Shown here: one piece after another, positions 61,765 through 64,000 of the stretch
How the letters are laid out: the number at the start of each line of letters is the position of its first letter
Position numbering within the stretch: position 1 is the first letter of the stretch
DNA from: Mobula hypostoma
Lineage: Eukaryota
Reading direction: 5' to 3'
DNA: 64,000 nucleotides
Assembly: GCF_963921235.1 (NCBI RefSeq)
Contig: NC_086097.1
Coordinates: 229,464,001 to 229,528,000 of the forward strand
The notes under the pieces: generated by a model
The model's input: the letters and a program-made list of their open reading frames with translations, nothing else
The model's database searches: none
What the model was told of the DNA's origin: nothing
Program-made: the position numbers and the translations under genes

Positions 61765-63734
61765 GCGCTGTAGTAGGTAGTTGTGTACTGAGGGGTATGA
61801 ATTTGGGAATAAAGGTCCATAATCTTTGAAAGTGGTGTCATAGGTAGATAGGGTTGTAAAGAAAGCTTCTGGCACCATTGGCCTTCATAAATCAGAGTAC
61901 AGGAGACGGGATGTTAAGTTAAAATTTTATAAGACACTGGTGAACCCAAATTTGGATTATTGTGTGCGGTTCTGGTCATCTACCTACAAGAAAGATACGA
62001 TGTGATATAAAGAAAATTTACAAGGATGTTGTAGGGACTTGAGGAATTGAGTTATAGGGAAAGGTAGAATAGGAAAACTTTATTCCCTGGAGCATAAGAC
62101 AATGAAGGGAGATTTGTTTGATGTATACAAAATTATGAGGGGTATAGATAGGGTAAATACAAGCAGGTTTTTCCCACTGAGCTTGGATGAGACCAGAATT
62201 CAATTTCATAGATTTAGGGTGAAAGGTGAAATATTAAAGGGCACTGTTTAATTTACAGCAGGGGTTCCCAACCTTTTTTATGCCGTGGACTAATACCATT
62301 AAGCAAGGGGTCCTTAACCCCAGGTTGGGAACTCCTGACTTAGAGGGTGGTTCGAGTGTGGAACAAGCTGCAGGTAGAAAAGAATACGGGCAGGGATGAC
62401 AGCAGAACAGCATTGTCGGTAATTTCTGGTAGCAATTAGGAAGGCACAGGTATATATCACAAACAGGAAGATGTATTCTTAAAGAAAGATGACACAACCA
62501 TGGCTAACAAGAGAAGTCAAAGCCAACATAAAAGCCAAAGAGAGGGCATATAATAGGGCAAACGTTAGTGGCAAGTTAAAGGACTGGGAAGCTTTTAAAA
62601 ACCAACAGAAGGCAACTAAAAAAGTCTTTAAGAAGGTAAAGATGGAATATGAGAGTAAGCTAGCCAATAATATTAAAGAGGACACCAAAAGTTTCTTCAG
62701 ATACATAAAGTGTAAAAGAGAGGCGTGAGTGAATATTGCATGATCTGGAGAGGTAGTAACGGGGCTTAATGAAATGGTGGACAAAGTGAGTAAGTATTTT
62801 GCATCAGTCTTCACTGTGGAAAAAACTAGCAGTATGGTGGAAGTTTCAGACGTCAGGAATCATGAAGAGTGTGATGTTACCATAACTAGAGAGAAGGCTG
62901 TTTGGAAACTGAAAGTTACTTGGACCAGTATACCCCAGGGTTCTGAAAGAGGTGGCTGAAGAGATCATGGAAGCATTAGCAATGATCTTTCAAGATTCAC
63001 TAAATTCTGGAATGGTTCCAGAAGAGTGGAAAATTGCAAATGTCATTCCACTCTTCAAGAAAGAGAGATAGGAGAAAGGAAACTATAAGGCCAGTTAGTC
63101 TGACGTCAGTGCTTGGGAAGATGTTGGAGTCGATTATCAAGGATGTGGTCTTAGGGTACTTGGAGGCACATGACAAAATAGGCATAATCAGCATGGTTTC
63201 CTTAAGGGAAAATCTTGCCTGACAAATCTGTTGGAATTATTTGAAGAAATACCAAGCAGGATAGACAAAAGAGAAAGGGTTGATGTTGTGTACTTGGATT
63301 TTTCAGAAGTCCTTTGACAGGGTGCCACACATGAGGCTGCTTAACAAGCCACGAGCCCATGCTATTACAGGAAAGATTCTAGGATTGATAGAGTGGTAGC
63401 TGATTGGCAGGAGGCAAAGAGTGGGACTAAGTGTGACTGCTGGTGACTAGTGGTGTTCCACAGGGGTCTGTTTTGGGAGAAATTCTTTTTGCATTATATG
63501 TCATAATTTGGATGATGGAATTGATGGCTTTGTTGCAAAGTTTGTAGGTGATAGCTGTAGGGGCTGATAGCGTTGAGGAAGTTGAGGGGCTACAGAAGGA
63601 CTTAGATGAGAGTGGGCAAAGAAATGGCTGATGGAATAGTGTCAAGAAGTGTATGGTATTGTACTTTGGTAGAAGGGATGAAAGGGTTGACTGTTTTCTA
63701 AATAGAGAATACAAAAAAACTGAGGCAAAGGGAC
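61765..63734 (+). mobile_element. Two degenerate CR1 fragments (61765-62375 and ~62470-63734)
   Basis: YKTLVNPNLDYCVRFW; PWLTREVK..IKEDTKSFFRYIK; RPVSLTSVLGKMLESIIK; VTSGVPQGSVLG. Confidence 0.75.
62259..62337. mobile_element. 79-bp hAT MITE
   Basis: TIRs caggggttcccaacct / aggttgggaactcctg; decayed 8-bp TSD atttacag / acttagag. Confidence 0.8.
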
Positions 63735-64000
63735 GCAAACACGAGGAAATCTGCAGATGCTGGAATTTCAAGCAATACACATAAAGGTTGCTGGTGAATG
63801 CAGCAAGCCAGGCAGCATCTCTAGGAAGAGGTACAGGCGACGTTTCGGGCCGAGACCCTTCGTCAGGACTAACTCAAAGAAGAGCTAGTAAGAGATTTGA
63901 AAGGGGGAAGGGGGAGATCCGAAATGACAGAAGACAGGAGGGGGAGAGATGGAGCCAAGAGCTGGACAGTTGATTGGCAAAAGGGATATGACAGGATCAT
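63735..64000 (-). mobile_element. Penelope-like 3' end (pLTR), runs off the window
   Basis: Colinear with 36275-36550. Confidence 0.88.
63835..63870 (-). ncRNA. Hammerhead ribozyme motif, core intact
   Basis: - strand: agtc-CTGACGA-a-ggg-tctcgg-ccc-GAAA-cg-TC-gcct. Confidence 0.65.

Noticed and set aside
1..64000. CRISPR arrays, operons or other prokaryotic systems
   Set aside because: No regularly spaced repeat-spacer array; the content is vertebrate intronic and TE sequence.

Overview
Eukaryotic, vertebrate genomic DNA; the repeat content (HER1/CR1-type LINEs, V-SINEs, Penelope-like elements, Rex1/Babar LINEs) suggests a cartilaginous fish, probably a ray (inference). The only host gene I can support is ZBTB10 on the + strand: a 973-nt BTB/POZ exon (48140-49112) and a 69-nt exon (61134-61202) that is absent from the ORF track. 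The rest appears intronic and is mostly transposable elements. These include a full-length L1 (3315-9146, 12-bp TSD) whose ORF2 has one nonsense codon, many CR1 and Rex1/Babar fragments, Penelope-like elements carrying minimal hammerhead ribozyme motifs (one as a 223-bp foldback), non-autonomous LINE derivatives, SINEs, and Tc1/mariner, pogo/Tigger, hAT and Harbinger DNA elements, several deeply nested. Family names come from motif recognition, not database searches. Boundaries without a stated TSD are approximate.
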